NCBI GenBank assembly: GCA_964350245.1
Contig: CAYGJC010000005.1
Location: 37,974 to 101,973, forward strand
Reading direction: 5' to 3'
Source: an uncultured bacterium
GTDB lineage: Bacteria; Chlamydiota; Chlamydiia; Chlamydiales; JAAKFR01
DNA: 64,000 nucleotides
The notes beneath the pieces were generated by a model. It was not told where the DNA came from and ran no database searches. It saw nothing but the letters and a program-made list of their open reading frames with translations. Below, piece by piece: positions 18,245 through 27,547 of this stretch. The translations under genes and the position numbers were made by a program. Position 1 is the first letter of the stretch. Each line of letters begins with the position of its first letter.

Positions 18245-19624
18245 TTATACCATTTTAGACGGCTCCATGTGCAAATCAAACTCCTCTTCGGTCATAAACC
18301 CAAGCTCTATTGCCGCCTCTTTGAGAGTGATGTGCTTGTGATAGGCGTGATGGGCCACCTGAGCCGCCTTATCATAACCAATCACTGGACTCAATGCTGT
18401 GACCAGCATTAAGGAACGGTCTAAAAGTGCTTTGATGTGCCGCTCATTGGCCTTTAACCCCTGAACAAAATAGTCGTCAAACGTACGCATCCCGTCAGAA
18501 AGCAAAACCAGAGAATCGAGAAAATTGTGGATCATCATGGGCTTAAACACGTTCAGCTCGAAATTTCCCCTTGATCCGGCCACACTAAGCGCTTGATCAT
18601 TGCCCATCACATGTACGCAGATCATGGTCAGTGCCTCACATTGAGTTGGATTGACTTTGCCGGGCATAATCGATGAGCCGGGTTCGTTTTCAGGAATGAT
18701 CAGCTCGCCCAAACCGCAACGTGGCCCCGAGCCGAGCCAACTCAAGTCGGTAGCGATTTTGATCAATGAGCACGCAAGAGTCTTTAAAGCGGCATGAGCA
18801 AAAACAAGGGCATCGTGGGCTGCAATTGAAGCAAATTTATTGGACGCAGATACAAAGGGAAGAGCGGTCAGCTCGGCAATCTTTGCACAAACCCGCACCC
18901 CAAATTCTGGGTGTGTATTGATCCCTGTCCCCACAGCCGTCCCCCCAATCGCCAGCTCATAGAGCCTGGGAAGCGTGCTTTCAATCCGCTCGATATCCTG
19001 ATCGAGCTGCTCTACATAGCCGGAAAACTCTTGACCCAGAGTGAGAGGCACCGCATCCATCAGGTGGGTACGCCCAATTTTGACGATTTCACTGAAAGCA
19101 ATTGCCTTTTCATGAAGCGAGGCACGCAGTTTATGCACCATGGGCAGTAAACGATTCCGAAGACTTTCAGCTGCTGCCATGTACATAGCAGTGGGAAAGG
19201 TGTCATTGGAGGATTGAGAGAGATTGACATGATCGTTTGGATGGATCGGATTCTTACTACCAAGCACCCCTCCTGCCATTTCAATCGCTTGATTGGCAAT
19301 CACTTCATTGACATTCATGTTGGTCTGTGTCCCACTTCCTGTTTGCCAAATACTCAGTGGAAAATGCTCTTTTAACTCTCCATCCGCAACTTTCCGAGCT
19401 GCCTGAATGATCAAACGGGCTTTATCCTCAGAAAGAAGTCCTAACTCGCAATTGATCCGAGCAGCCGCCTCTTTGATGATCCCGTAAGCGCGAATCACGG
19501 GTTGCGGAATTTGATCATGACCGATGTTAAAGTGCTTCAAGGAGCGTGCCGTCTGGGCGCCATAGTAAGCCCCAGCCGGAACTTCAATCTCCCCCAGGCT
19601 ATCTGATTCAATACGACTATTCAT
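18245..19624 (-). CDS. fumC: Class II fumarate hydratase
   Basis: Contains the [16 protein letters not shown] signature, with full-length similarity to FumC. Confidence 0.95.
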   Translation of the reverse strand: MNSRIESDSLGEIEVPAGAYYGAQTARSLKHFNIGHDQIPQPVIRAYGIIKEAAARINCELGLLSEDKARLIIQAARKVADGELKEHFPLSIWQTGSGTQTNMNVNEVIANQAIEMAGGVLGSKNPIHPNDHVNLSQSSNDTFPTAMYMAAAESLRNRLLPMVHKLRASLHEKAIAFSEIVKIGRTHLMDAVPLTLGQEFSGYVEQLDQDIERIESTLPRLYELAIGGTAVGTGINTHPEFGVRVCAKIAELTALPFVSASNKFASIAAHDALVFAHAALKTLACSLIKIATDLSWLGSGPRCGLGELIIPENEPGSSIMPGKVNPTQCEALTMICVHVMGNDQALSVAGSRGNFELNVFKPMMIHNFLDSLVLLSDGMRTFDDYFVQGLKANERHIKALLDRSLMLVTALSPVIGYDKAAQVAHHAYHKHITLKEAAIELGFMTEEEFDLHMEPSKMV

Positions 19625-19672
19625 ACCTCATTCATACCATGGTCTCATTCAAAGGGAAAGAAGGATTTTGCC

Positions 19673-21472
19673 TTGACTGGGCAGAGGCCGAACCGTAAAC
19701 TTCGGTCCATGTTTAAGCAGCCCCTTTCTAAGATCGCCCTGGTCCTGCTCTGCTTTTGTATTTTATTTACTACTTGGGAGTGCTGCGCGCGTGCGCTTCC
19801 ACATCTTTCCTTCATTCTCCCGCCTCCAACTGAAATCTTACGCACCCTATGGGAGCTACGCACACGGTTCTACTTTCATACACTATGTACTCTCAAAGAA
19901 ATGCTGGGAGGCTTTCTTCTCGCGCTTCTAGTCGCTTTTCCCCTAGCTTGGACGATGATGCGTTACCAAAGCTCACGCACCATTTTGCAACCTCTTTTCA
20001 TCGTGACCCAATGCCTCCCCATGTTTACTCTTGCTCCGATTATGGTGATTTGGTTTGGTTGGAGCTATACCGCTATCGCGATTCCCACCGCGTTGATGAT
20101 CTTCTTTCCTCTCACATTAAATATCTACCAAGGGCTTCGCTCAACCCCCCAAGACCTACTAGAATTTTTTCAAGCAAACCAAGCAAATGCTTGGCAAACG
20201 TTTTTTAAGCTCCGCCTCCCCTCCGCTGTTCCCCACATCTTTGCCGGGTTTCGGATCTCAGCCGGCATAGCCGGTGTGGGCGCTGTTGCCGGGGAATGGG
20301 CCGGCGCTCAAAATGGACTGGGCATGCTCATGCTTGAAAGCCGGCGTAATACGGATCTTGAAATTACCTTTGGCGCTCTTTTCTGCTTAACCATCATTAG
20401 TACAATACTTTATGGATTGATTCTCTTTTGTGAAAAGATCGCCCTTCCTCCAAGGGTACTGCTTTTACGCCGCAAATTTGCAACCAAAAACGCCCTACTC
20501 CCCACAAAACAACGTCGCAGATCAGGTTTGGTTATTCCCTTCTTTATGGTGGCTTTTCTTCTTCTGGGGCTTGTCGGTTGCCAACAAAAAAATAAAGGCT
20601 GCACCCGCCTCTTACTCGATTGGCTCCCTAATCCCAATCACATTCCCCTCTATGTGGGTATTGAAAAAGGGTTCTTTCGAAATGCGGGGATCGATCTCGA
20701 TATCTTAAAAATGCATGACAGTGGAGGAGGCATTTCTTACCTAACCTCCCGTCAGGCTGATCTACTTGTAAACCACATGCCCGGAACTCTGAAGGCCTGT
20801 TCAAACGGCGCGCCACTCAAAATCGTGGGGCTTTTAATCAAAGAGCCTCTTTCCGGCTTTATTTATCGGAGCGACCCAGCTATTGAAACGACCCAAGACC
20901 TCTCTGGCTCTACACTAGGCTATTGCCTCGGTGGTCCCGATACTGCTTTTCTTGATTTTTTACTCGAAAAGGGAAAGATCGAACCTAAAGAGCGTAAAAA
21001 CATCAGCGTCGACTTAATTTCCGCAATGGGAACCCAGAATGTCGACTTTATTTTTGGAGGCTTTTGGAACATTGAACCGGCCCAGCTTCGCTCCCTTGGA
21101 ATGGAGACAAACCATTTTCCCATTCAAGAGTTTGGTGTACCTAACTACTATGAAATGATTATCTTAGCACATGCTAACTCCAAAGAGAGCACTCCTCAAT
21201 TTGCCTCTGACTTCCAAGTTGCATTACAAAAAAGCATCGACTACTGCTGCGCAAACCCAGACGAGGCTTTCCAAATTTACCGACACTACAATCCTGATCG
21301 ACGAGAAAAGACCTTCGCATGGGAAGAGCAAGCATGGAAATTGACCTGTCCTACTCTGGCAAAGAGTCAACAGGTGGACCTACATGAACTCCACACCTTT
21401 TATCACTGGCTCTGCTCGCAAGAAATTGTGACCAAACCTTTAAACCTTAACTCGCTTATCTCCTATGAATGA
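19673..21472 (+). CDS. Fusion of an ABC permease (NitT/TauT family, ThiX-like) with an NMT1/THI5-like (ThiY-like) substrate-binding domain
   Basis: The N-terminal ~260 aa form a 6-TM permease with an EAA-type loop (LRLPSAVPHIFAGFRISAGIAGVGAVAGEW). An internal lipoprotein-type signal follows (RRRSGLVIPFFMVAFLLLGLVGC). The SBP domain then begins with LDWLPNPNHIPLYVGIEKGFFRNAGIDLDI. An alternative start is the ATG at 19709. Confidence 0.8.
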   Translation: MTGQRPNRKLRSMFKQPLSKIALVLLCFCILFTTWECCARALPHLSFILPPPTEILRTLWELRTRFYFHTLCTLKEMLGGFLLALLVAFPLAWTMMRYQSSRTILQPLFIVTQCLPMFTLAPIMVIWFGWSYTAIAIPTALMIFFPLTLNIYQGLRSTPQDLLEFFQANQANAWQTFFKLRLPSAVPHIFAGFRISAGIAGVGAVAGEWAGAQNGLGMLMLESRRNTDLEITFGALFCLTIISTILYGLILFCEKIALPPRVLLLRRKFATKNALLPTKQRRRSGLVIPFFMVAFLLLGLVGCQQKNKGCTRLLLDWLPNPNHIPLYVGIEKGFFRNAGIDLDILKMHDSGGGISYLTSRQADLLVNHMPGTLKACSNGAPLKIVGLLIKEPLSGFIYRSDPAIETTQDLSGSTLGYCLGGPDTAFLDFLLEKGKIEPKERKNISVDLISAMGTQNVDFIFGGFWNIEPAQLRSLGMETNHFPIQEFGVPNYYEMIILAHANSKESTPQFASDFQVALQKSIDYCCANPDEAFQIYRHYNPDRREKTFAWEEQAWKLTCPTLAKSQQVDLHELHTFYHWLCSQEIVTKPLNLNSLISYE

Positions 21473-22376
21473 AGAAATTACGATCCTTCTGATTGAAGAT
21501 GATCAAGGGGATCTGCAGTTCATTCAAAAAGCTTTTGAACATTTACAAGAGCGAGGCATCACGTTTCACGTCACCATTGTGCGCACGCTTCGTGAAGCTC
21601 AGGGAGAAATAGCTACAAACACTCCCTTTGATCTAGTGATCACTAATCTTTATCTAGAAGACTGTCAAGGAGTTGAAATTATCCGTGCGCTGCGCAAAAG
21701 CATGATGGATATCCCCTTGATCGCAACAGCTGGCTACACTGATGAAAAGACGATCCAGCAGATTATCCGCTTGGGAGCGCAAGATTACCTGCCTCAACAC
21801 GAGCTAGATCCGGCTCACTTACATAAGGCAATCTTGAGCGCAATTGAACGGAACTACTTGGAACAAAGTCTGCGCGCCCTCTCCTTTACAGATGAGATGA
21901 CAGGGCTGTACAACCGGCGGGGCTTTTATACCCTGTTAGAGCAGCAGCACGCACTGTCTATCCGTAACGGTCAGGGCTTTTATCTTTTTGTTGCAGACCT
22001 AGATGACCTAAAAGCAATTAATGATACACATGGCCATCCTATAGGCGACCGCGCTCTTATGGACATGGCCGACTGCTTATACCTTGCCTTTAGGCATCAC
22101 GATATTCTAGCACGCATCGGCGGAGACGAGTTTGCCATTGTGGCCATTAACGCCTCTATCGAGAGTAAAGAGAGTCTTGAACAGAGTATCCAGGAACACA
22201 TTGCCCATTTCAACACTAAAACCTCAGAACCCTACCAACTAAGCCTCAGTGTTGGGGCCGCATACTTTGATGGCAAAGCGCCTGTTTCAATAGAGGAGCT
22301 CATCCATGAAGCTGATCAAAATCTCTACCAAGCCAAAAGAAAAAGATCTACCCGATCAGGAAATATCTCTAGATAG
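21465..22376 (+). CDS. Receiver-domain (degenerate) + GGDEF diguanylate cyclase
   Basis: REC fold with an EDD acidic pocket, but DLVITNLYLED instead of DLxxxD. The GGDEF domain is intact (RIGGDEFAIV) with RHHD five residues upstream (RxxD I-site). The start overlaps the upstream stop (ATGAATGA). Confidence 0.85.
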   Translation: MNEEITILLIEDDQGDLQFIQKAFEHLQERGITFHVTIVRTLREAQGEIATNTPFDLVITNLYLEDCQGVEIIRALRKSMMDIPLIATAGYTDEKTIQQIIRLGAQDYLPQHELDPAHLHKAILSAIERNYLEQSLRALSFTDEMTGLYNRRGFYTLLEQQHALSIRNGQGFYLFVADLDDLKAINDTHGHPIGDRALMDMADCLYLAFRHHDILARIGGDEFAIVAINASIESKESLEQSIQEHIAHFNTKTSEPYQLSLSVGAAYFDGKAPVSIEELIHEADQNLYQAKRKRSTRSGNISR

Positions 22377-22982
22377 TAAGTGTGAGAGTCGAACCAAGAC
22401 ATCCCGCAACACTTCTAGTGGCTTTTGGCCTCCATCTACGCGGGAAATCAAGTGGGCAGGATAAAATTCAAAAATTTTCTGAGTCTCTTCTCGATAGACC
22501 TCTAGCCTTTTCTTAAGCACACCCACATCCACATCATCCAGCCTTCCTTCTATACGGGAGCGTCGTTGCATGCGGAGTAAAAGCTCCTTGGTGTTCGAGA
22601 CATCTAAAACAATAATGTGCCGTACATGGACAAAGTCCTGGAGCATCTGAGCTTGGCCCAAAGTCCGCGGCAAGCCATCCAACAAAAGATCCTGGGCCTC
22701 GGGGTAATAAGAGTTGGTTGCAATGAGCCCCTGCACATAGTATTTCCAAATCTCAATTGTGGCCTCATCAGGAAGAAGAGCCCCTCTACTTGCATACGAG
22801 TAATAGAGCTTTCCAGCAGGAGAATTTAAGGGCAAACTCCTGAAGATATCCCCGGAGGAGAGGTGAAACTGCGCTCCGGAACTGGTTAAAAATTTCCCGA
22901 GCGTTCCCTTTCCGGCCCCTGGAGGTCCAAACAACAAGATAGCCGGAAATTTTCCTTTATATGGCTCAATAAAACGGCTCAT
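22356..22982 (-). CDS. Adenylate kinase-family nucleoside monophosphate kinase
   Basis: P-loop LLFGPPGAGKGTLGKFL and NMP-binding block LLDGLPRTLGQAQML. Confidence 0.7.
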   Translation of the reverse strand: MSRFIEPYKGKFPAILLFGPPGAGKGTLGKFLTSSGAQFHLSSGDIFRSLPLNSPAGKLYYSYASRGALLPDEATIEIWKYYVQGLIATNSYYPEAQDLLLDGLPRTLGQAQMLQDFVHVRHIIVLDVSNTKELLLRMQRRSRIEGRLDDVDVGVLKKRLEVYREETQKIFEFYPAHLISRVDGGQKPLEVLRDVLVRLSHLLSRDIS

Positions 22983-22994
22983 ACTTTTATTTTA

Positions 22995-23615
22995 TTGAAT
23001 TTACTCGACCATTTAAAGTACAATCTTCATATTATGGGTAATTTTTTTGGTATTACACTCACTCTGTTTTTTGTGATCGATGCGCTAGGAAATATTCCTA
23101 CATATCTATCTCTGCTTAAGCCTTTTAATAAAAAAGAGCAGCGAAAAACCGCTATTCGAGAACTCATCATCGCTCTCGGAATTATGATTATGTTCCACTA
23201 CTTGGGACAGATTTTACTCACTCTTTTAGGCGTTTCTCATACTACAGTCCGGATCGCAGGAGGTATCATACTCTTTCTCATTGCGATACGTCTCATCTTT
23301 TCCAATGATGACGAAAAACCGAGATGGGGTGAACAAAAGCCCTTGATTGTGCCTATTGCCACCCCAATTATTGCAGGACCCTCTGTTCTCTCTGTGATCA
23401 TGATCTTTGCTCAGGATGAAACCTCCGACCTTCTGATTCTTGGAGCCATTTTCCTTGCGTGGTTTTTCTCTAGCCTCCTATTTCTCTTCGCTAAACCTAT
23501 CCATAAACTATTAACTGACAAGGGATTGATGGCCTGCCAACGTCTTATGGGTTTAATCGTGGGGATCATTGCGGTTCAACTCTTTTTAGAAGGGGTTGGG
23601 GGGATGATCACATGA
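22995..23615 (+). CDS. MarC-family (UPF0056) membrane protein
   Basis: Polytopic protein with DALGNIPTYLSL and IAGGIILFLIAIRLIF motifs. The start is TTG at 22995 or ATG at 23033. Confidence 0.8.
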   Translation: MNLLDHLKYNLHIMGNFFGITLTLFFVIDALGNIPTYLSLLKPFNKKEQRKTAIRELIIALGIMIMFHYLGQILLTLLGVSHTTVRIAGGIILFLIAIRLIFSNDDEKPRWGEQKPLIVPIATPIIAGPSVLSVIMIFAQDETSDLLILGAIFLAWFFSSLLFLFAKPIHKLLTDKGLMACQRLMGLIVGIIAVQLFLEGVGGMIT

Positions 23616-24199
23616 TCAATGACTTGTTTCATATGACGTTTCTTTTTCTGATTGTCATGGACCCATTGGGTAACGTTCCGATTTTTGTCGGTGTTTTACG
23701 CCATCATGAACCAAAAAAGCAGAGAGAAATTATCCTGCGTGAATTATTGATTGCCCTTGGGATTATGGTGATCTTTCTTTTTTGCGGTCAGGGATTTTTT
23801 AGACTTTTGCATGTCTCTGAATCCTCTGTGCAAATTGCGGGAGGTATCATTCTCTTTATCATCGCTATTCGGATGATCTTTGCGACTCCCTCAGGAGAAA
23901 AAACAACTCGAGTTCCTAAAGATCCTTTGATTGTCCCCCTCGCTGTTCCTGCTGTTGCCGGACCTGCTATCTTAGCTACTATGACCCTCTATGGGGGATC
24001 CGGAGCCAGTAAGTTGCTTGTTCTTACAGCAGTTGCCATTGCTTGGCTTTGCTTGCTGCCTATACTTCTTTTTTCTCCTTCTCTTAAAAAGCTTCTTGGC
24101 GAAAACGGACTGACCGCAGTTGAGCGTCTATTCGGATACTTGGTTGTTCTTGTTTCTGCGCAAATGGCTTTCAACGGGTTGAAAACAGCGTTCGGATGA
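23612..24199 (+). CDS. MarC-family membrane protein (tandem paralog)
   Basis: DPLGNVPIFVGVL and IAGGIILFIIAIRMIF motifs. There is a 4-nt overlap with the upstream paralog. Confidence 0.8.
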   Translation: MINDLFHMTFLFLIVMDPLGNVPIFVGVLRHHEPKKQREIILRELLIALGIMVIFLFCGQGFFRLLHVSESSVQIAGGIILFIIAIRMIFATPSGEKTTRVPKDPLIVPLAVPAVAGPAILATMTLYGGSGASKLLVLTAVAIAWLCLLPILLFSPSLKKLLGENGLTAVERLFGYLVVLVSAQMAFNGLKTAFG

Positions 24200-24203
24200 G
24201 TTC

Positions 24204-24938
24204 ATGCTCAACATTTGTCTGATCATTACCTACGATGGAACGCCTTTTTGGGGGTGGCAAAAAACAGGGAACGGCTACTCTGTTGAAGAGGTTCTCCAAC
24301 GCGTATTAGAACAGCTACTCCAAGAGCCGATCCAACTCCAAGCTGCAAGCCGGACAGACCGTGGGGTGCATGCTCAAGGACAGGTCGTAAATTTTTTTAC
24401 TCACAAAAATCCCCCGAAGAAAATCAGTTTGAATCGTTTACTTCCAAACACCATCAAAGTGTTAGAAGTGAAGGTGATGCATCATGATTTTCACCCTTCT
24501 TTGGATGCCAAGGCAAAGCTTTATACCTATGCGCTTTGCTGGGGAGAGCTTCAGCTCCCTATCCACCGTCTTTACGCATGGCATGTCCCTTACTCCCTAG
24601 ATATTGGAGAGATGGAGCGAGCTGCTTGCCATTTCATTGGAGAGCATGATTTTTCTGCTTTTTGCAAGAGCCACCCAAGTGTTCAGTATGCTCATACGCG
24701 GAGAAAAATCGACTCAATTGAAATGGAGAAGCAAGAGCCAAATCAGCTCAAAATCGCGATCTGCGGCAACCGTTTCCTCTACAAAATGGTACGTACAGTG
24801 GTGGGAACCCTTGTTCTTGTGGGACGTGGAAAGCTCAAAAGCGGAGAGATTCCAAAGATCATCGCCTCACAAGCCCGCGCAAAGGCAGGGCAGACAGCAC
24901 CTGCTCATGGACTCACTTTACAGGAGATTTATTTCTAA
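24204..24938 (+). CDS. truA: tRNA pseudouridine(38-40) synthase
   Basis: Catalytic block AASRTDRGVHAQGQV, and FLYKMVR near the C-terminus. Confidence 0.9.
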   Translation: MLNICLIITYDGTPFWGWQKTGNGYSVEEVLQRVLEQLLQEPIQLQAASRTDRGVHAQGQVVNFFTHKNPPKKISLNRLLPNTIKVLEVKVMHHDFHPSLDAKAKLYTYALCWGELQLPIHRLYAWHVPYSLDIGEMERAACHFIGEHDFSAFCKSHPSVQYAHTRRKIDSIEMEKQEPNQLKIAICGNRFLYKMVRTVVGTLVLVGRGKLKSGEIPKIIASQARAKAGQTAPAHGLTLQEIYF

Positions 24939-24959
24939 GATTAGATTAGAATAAGCCTT

Positions 24960-25838
24960 ATGATTGGAAGAAATGATCCGTGTTGGTGTGGATCGGGGAA
25001 AAAATGGAAGAAGTGTCACTATCCCAGTGAGCCTCCTGTCTCTGAAAAAGAGCGGTTGGTTAACACCTATCTGAAACAGTATCAAATTATTTTGAAGACC
25101 CCTGAGCAGATCAAGGGCATCAAGCGCGCCTGCCACTTGGCAGCCTCGATCCTGGATGCAACCTGTAAAAAAGCTCAGGCAGGTGTGACAACCAATGAAC
25201 TAGACGCCTTTGCTGTGCAGCTTCACAAGGAAGCAGGTGCACAAGCTGCTCCCTACCACTATGGCCACCCTCCATTTCCGAAGAGCATTTGCACCTCCCT
25301 CAATGAAGTCATCTGCCATGGAATACCCGATGATGTGCCCTTGAAGGAAGGAGATATCATGAATATCGATGTCTCCGTGATTTTAGACGGCTATTACGGC
25401 GATTGCAGCCGGATGGTTAAAATTGGAAATGTCACTGAAGAGAGACAGCTAGTCTACGAAGTCTCTTCTGAGTGTTTGGCTCGCTCAATTGCAATCTTAA
25501 AACCAGGCGTTTTGCTACACGAAATTGGAGATGTCATTGAAGACTATGCCGCCTCTCGAGGCTGCTCAGTAGTCAATCAATTTGTGGGGCATGGCGTGGG
25601 CCTACAGTTTCACGAGCCGCCTCAAGTCCCACATCACCGGAACCACCTTAAAATTCCTCTAGCGGCCGGCATGACTTTTACAATTGAACCGATGATCAAT
25701 GCAGGTGTGCGCGAGGCTGTGATAGATCCAATTACTCAGTGGATTGCGACTACAAGAGATGGGAAAGCAAGTGCGCAGTGGGAACACACTGTGTTAATCA
25801 CTGAGACAGGACATGAGATACTAACTCTTCCAACATAG
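24960..25838 (+). CDS. map: Type I methionine aminopeptidase with N-terminal SEC-C zinc motif
   Basis: NDPCWCGSGKKWKKCH SEC-C motif, followed by Map metal ligands (DIMNIDVS, GHGVG, TIEPM, QWEHT). Confidence 0.95.
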   Translation: MIGRNDPCWCGSGKKWKKCHYPSEPPVSEKERLVNTYLKQYQIILKTPEQIKGIKRACHLAASILDATCKKAQAGVTTNELDAFAVQLHKEAGAQAAPYHYGHPPFPKSICTSLNEVICHGIPDDVPLKEGDIMNIDVSVILDGYYGDCSRMVKIGNVTEERQLVYEVSSECLARSIAILKPGVLLHEIGDVIEDYAASRGCSVVNQFVGHGVGLQFHEPPQVPHHRNHLKIPLAAGMTFTIEPMINAGVREAVIDPITQWIATTRDGKASAQWEHTVLITETGHEILTLPT

Positions 25839-27153
25839 TTCTCTCTTCCTCTAAAGAACGCACTTCATCCACCAAATCATTCAATGCAGTTTCATAACAC
25901 TTCTCCCCATCTCTTTCAGGAGAGAGTGCGCGCAGCTCTTGCTCATGCTTTAGAGCAAGCAGTTTGCTTTCTGTAGCAAACAAGTCTTTGCGCGTTTGAG
26001 ATAAGATGTGGCTTTTCTCGTCAAATTGCATCCGAAGCTGTTTGAGCATCCCCTCTAACTTGCGCTGATCGGCGGAGGGAGGTTGCGACGCTTCTTCTTG
26101 TTCCACTTTTAGCTGCGCTTGTTTCTCTTGCAAAACACGTTCTTGCGTGGCTTTTAGTTGCGCAAGCTCCTCTTGCAAGACATTTTCTTGTGTGGCCTTT
26201 AGTTGGGTAAGCTCTTCTTGCAAGATATTTTCTTGCTTTGCTTTCAGTTGTGCAAGCTTCTCTTGGAAGGCACTCTCTTGCGAAGCTTTTAGTTGTGCAA
26301 GCTCCTGTTGGAAAGCACTCTCTTGTGCAGCTTCTAATTGTGCGAGCTTCTCTTGCAAGACATGTTCCTGCTTTGCTTTCAGTTGTGTAAGCTCCTCTTG
26401 AATAGCTGCTTTCTGGCTTTCCAGCTCTTTTTTTGCTGCTGCTTCTTGAACCTCTTTTAAATGCTCCAGCTCCTCTTGAATAGCCACTCTTTGCTCCTCG
26501 CCGCGCTGCTGCCCTTTTTTGGCTTCTGCAACAAAGTAGGCTTTCTGTGATGTGAGCAACTCGATTTCAGATTGAATCAACTCAATCCGCTTCTGGGTCT
26601 GTTCCTTTTCGATGACCCTTTGCTCGGCCTCTTCTTTCAGTTGCTCAATCTCCTCTTCCAAACTTTTTTGCAAAGTCTTCCACTCAGCGGTGCAGTGTTG
26701 CCACTCCAGTTGAGACTGATTGAGCTCACTCGCTTGCTTGCGACTGGTTTCGATCACCTTTTTCATGCCTGTATCGATCTCTTCAACCGCAAGCAGAAGG
26801 ATAAAAAAATCGATCGCCAAAGAAAAAACAAGACCCATTTGCCAAAACCGCTGATCAACGGGGATCTCTCGATAGAGACCGAGTACCAAAAGGGCCAGTC
26901 CTAAAAAACAACCTCCTAAGCCAACAGATTTCCACCTCAGGCAGATCAAGCCTCCAATCAACGCAAAAAAAGGAAGATAGGCAGAAAAGACCGAAGGGGA
27001 GAAAAAACTGACCCCAATGGTAAATAAGAGAAGGATGGACGGAATCGATCCCCAAAAAAAAGTACGCCCACAAACGCTCTCAGGAACTATCTTGGAAAGG
27101 ATTTTTATGAGAGAAAAAGGGGCTTTTGTTTGCGTGGAAGTTGAGATGGTCAT
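25798..27153 (-). CDS. Membrane protein with a long repetitive coiled-coil domain
   Basis: The N-terminal ~125 aa contain about 4 hydrophobic segments. A ~300-aa E/Q/K/L coiled coil follows, containing 15-aa tandem repeats. Confidence 0.7.
   Translation of the reverse strand: MTISTSTQTKAPFSLIKILSKIVPESVCGRTFFWGSIPSILLLFTIGVSFFSPSVFSAYLPFFALIGGLICLRWKSVGLGGCFLGLALLVLGLYREIPVDQRFWQMGLVFSLAIDFFILLLAVEEIDTGMKKVIETSRKQASELNQSQLEWQHCTAEWKTLQKSLEEEIEQLKEEAEQRVIEKEQTQKRIELIQSEIELLTSQKAYFVAEAKKGQQRGEEQRVAIQEELEHLKEVQEAAAKKELESQKAAIQEELTQLKAKQEHVLQEKLAQLEAAQESAFQQELAQLKASQESAFQEKLAQLKAKQENILQEELTQLKATQENVLQEELAQLKATQERVLQEKQAQLKVEQEEASQPPSADQRKLEGMLKQLRMQFDEKSHILSQTRKDLFATESKLLALKHEQELRALSPERDGEKCYETALNDLVDEVRSLEEERTMLEELVSHVLSQ
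26089..26478 (-). repeat. In-frame tandem repeat, period 45 bp (15 aa, QEELAQLKATQENVL-type), about 8-9 units
   Basis: Units read from the translation are QEELEHLKEVQEAAA / QEELTQLKAKQEHVL / QEKLAQLEAAQESAF / QQELAQLKASQESAF / QEKLAQLKAKQENIL / QEELTQLKATQENVL / QEELAQLKATQERVL / QEKQAQLKVEQEEAS. The periodicity is also visible in the DNA (cttgcaag...agttg[tc]gcaagct). Confidence 0.85.
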
Positions 27154-27206
27154 AACAAGCTCTTAAACATCGAAGAGTCAATATTGTATACTAATCAATC
27201 CCTCTG

Positions 27207-27431
27207 TCAATTAGAAATTCCATCTTCATTATGTTCAATAAAGCCTTGGGCGTTTTCGAGGAGATAGGAAGCGAGAATGGGATCTCCTTCGTAGCTCATT
27301 TCAACGGACATTTTTCCATCAGCTGAGGGTTGTCCACACGTGATGACAATACAACACGCTTGATCCTCTTTCAGAATTTTTTGTTTGCTCACGCGCAGTC
27401 CCTGGTTCTTTTTTTTAGATCCCTCAGGCAT
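27207..27431 (-). CDS. Small hypothetical protein (74 aa)
   Basis: ORF only, with a weak purine-rich tract upstream. No motif recognised. Confidence 0.35.
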   Translation of the reverse strand: MPEGSKKKNQGLRVSKQKILKEDQACCIVITCGQPSADGKMSVEMSYEGDPILASYLLENAQGFIEHNEDGISN

Positions 27432-27547
27432 ATACTTCTTATCATTAGCGCGCAGATCACAGCAAGTTGCAATATACGCAATAAACTCATGTCATAGGGC
27501 AAGAAAAAATATTTGTCAAAGCTACAATGTTGCGCTAACGTGAAGTC

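Noticed and set aside
19625-19708. Possible TPP riboswitch upstream of the ThiX/ThiY-like fusion gene
   Set aside because: The spacer to divergent fumC is only about 50-85 nt. I could not find the conserved CUGAGA ... ACCUGAUCUGGAUAAUGCCAGCG-type elements. Only a small local hairpin (ggccgaa...ttcggtc) is present.
22995-24199. Tandem MarC-family paralogs, considered as an unusual duplication
   Set aside because: The family is a housekeeping membrane protein family of unknown function that is often found in multiple copies. Nothing beyond the duplication stands out.
26089-26478. Regular 45-bp periodic repeats, considered as a CRISPR-like array or non-coding satellite
   Set aside because: The units are contiguous without unique spacers and lie in frame inside a long ORF that encodes a coherent heptad coiled coil.
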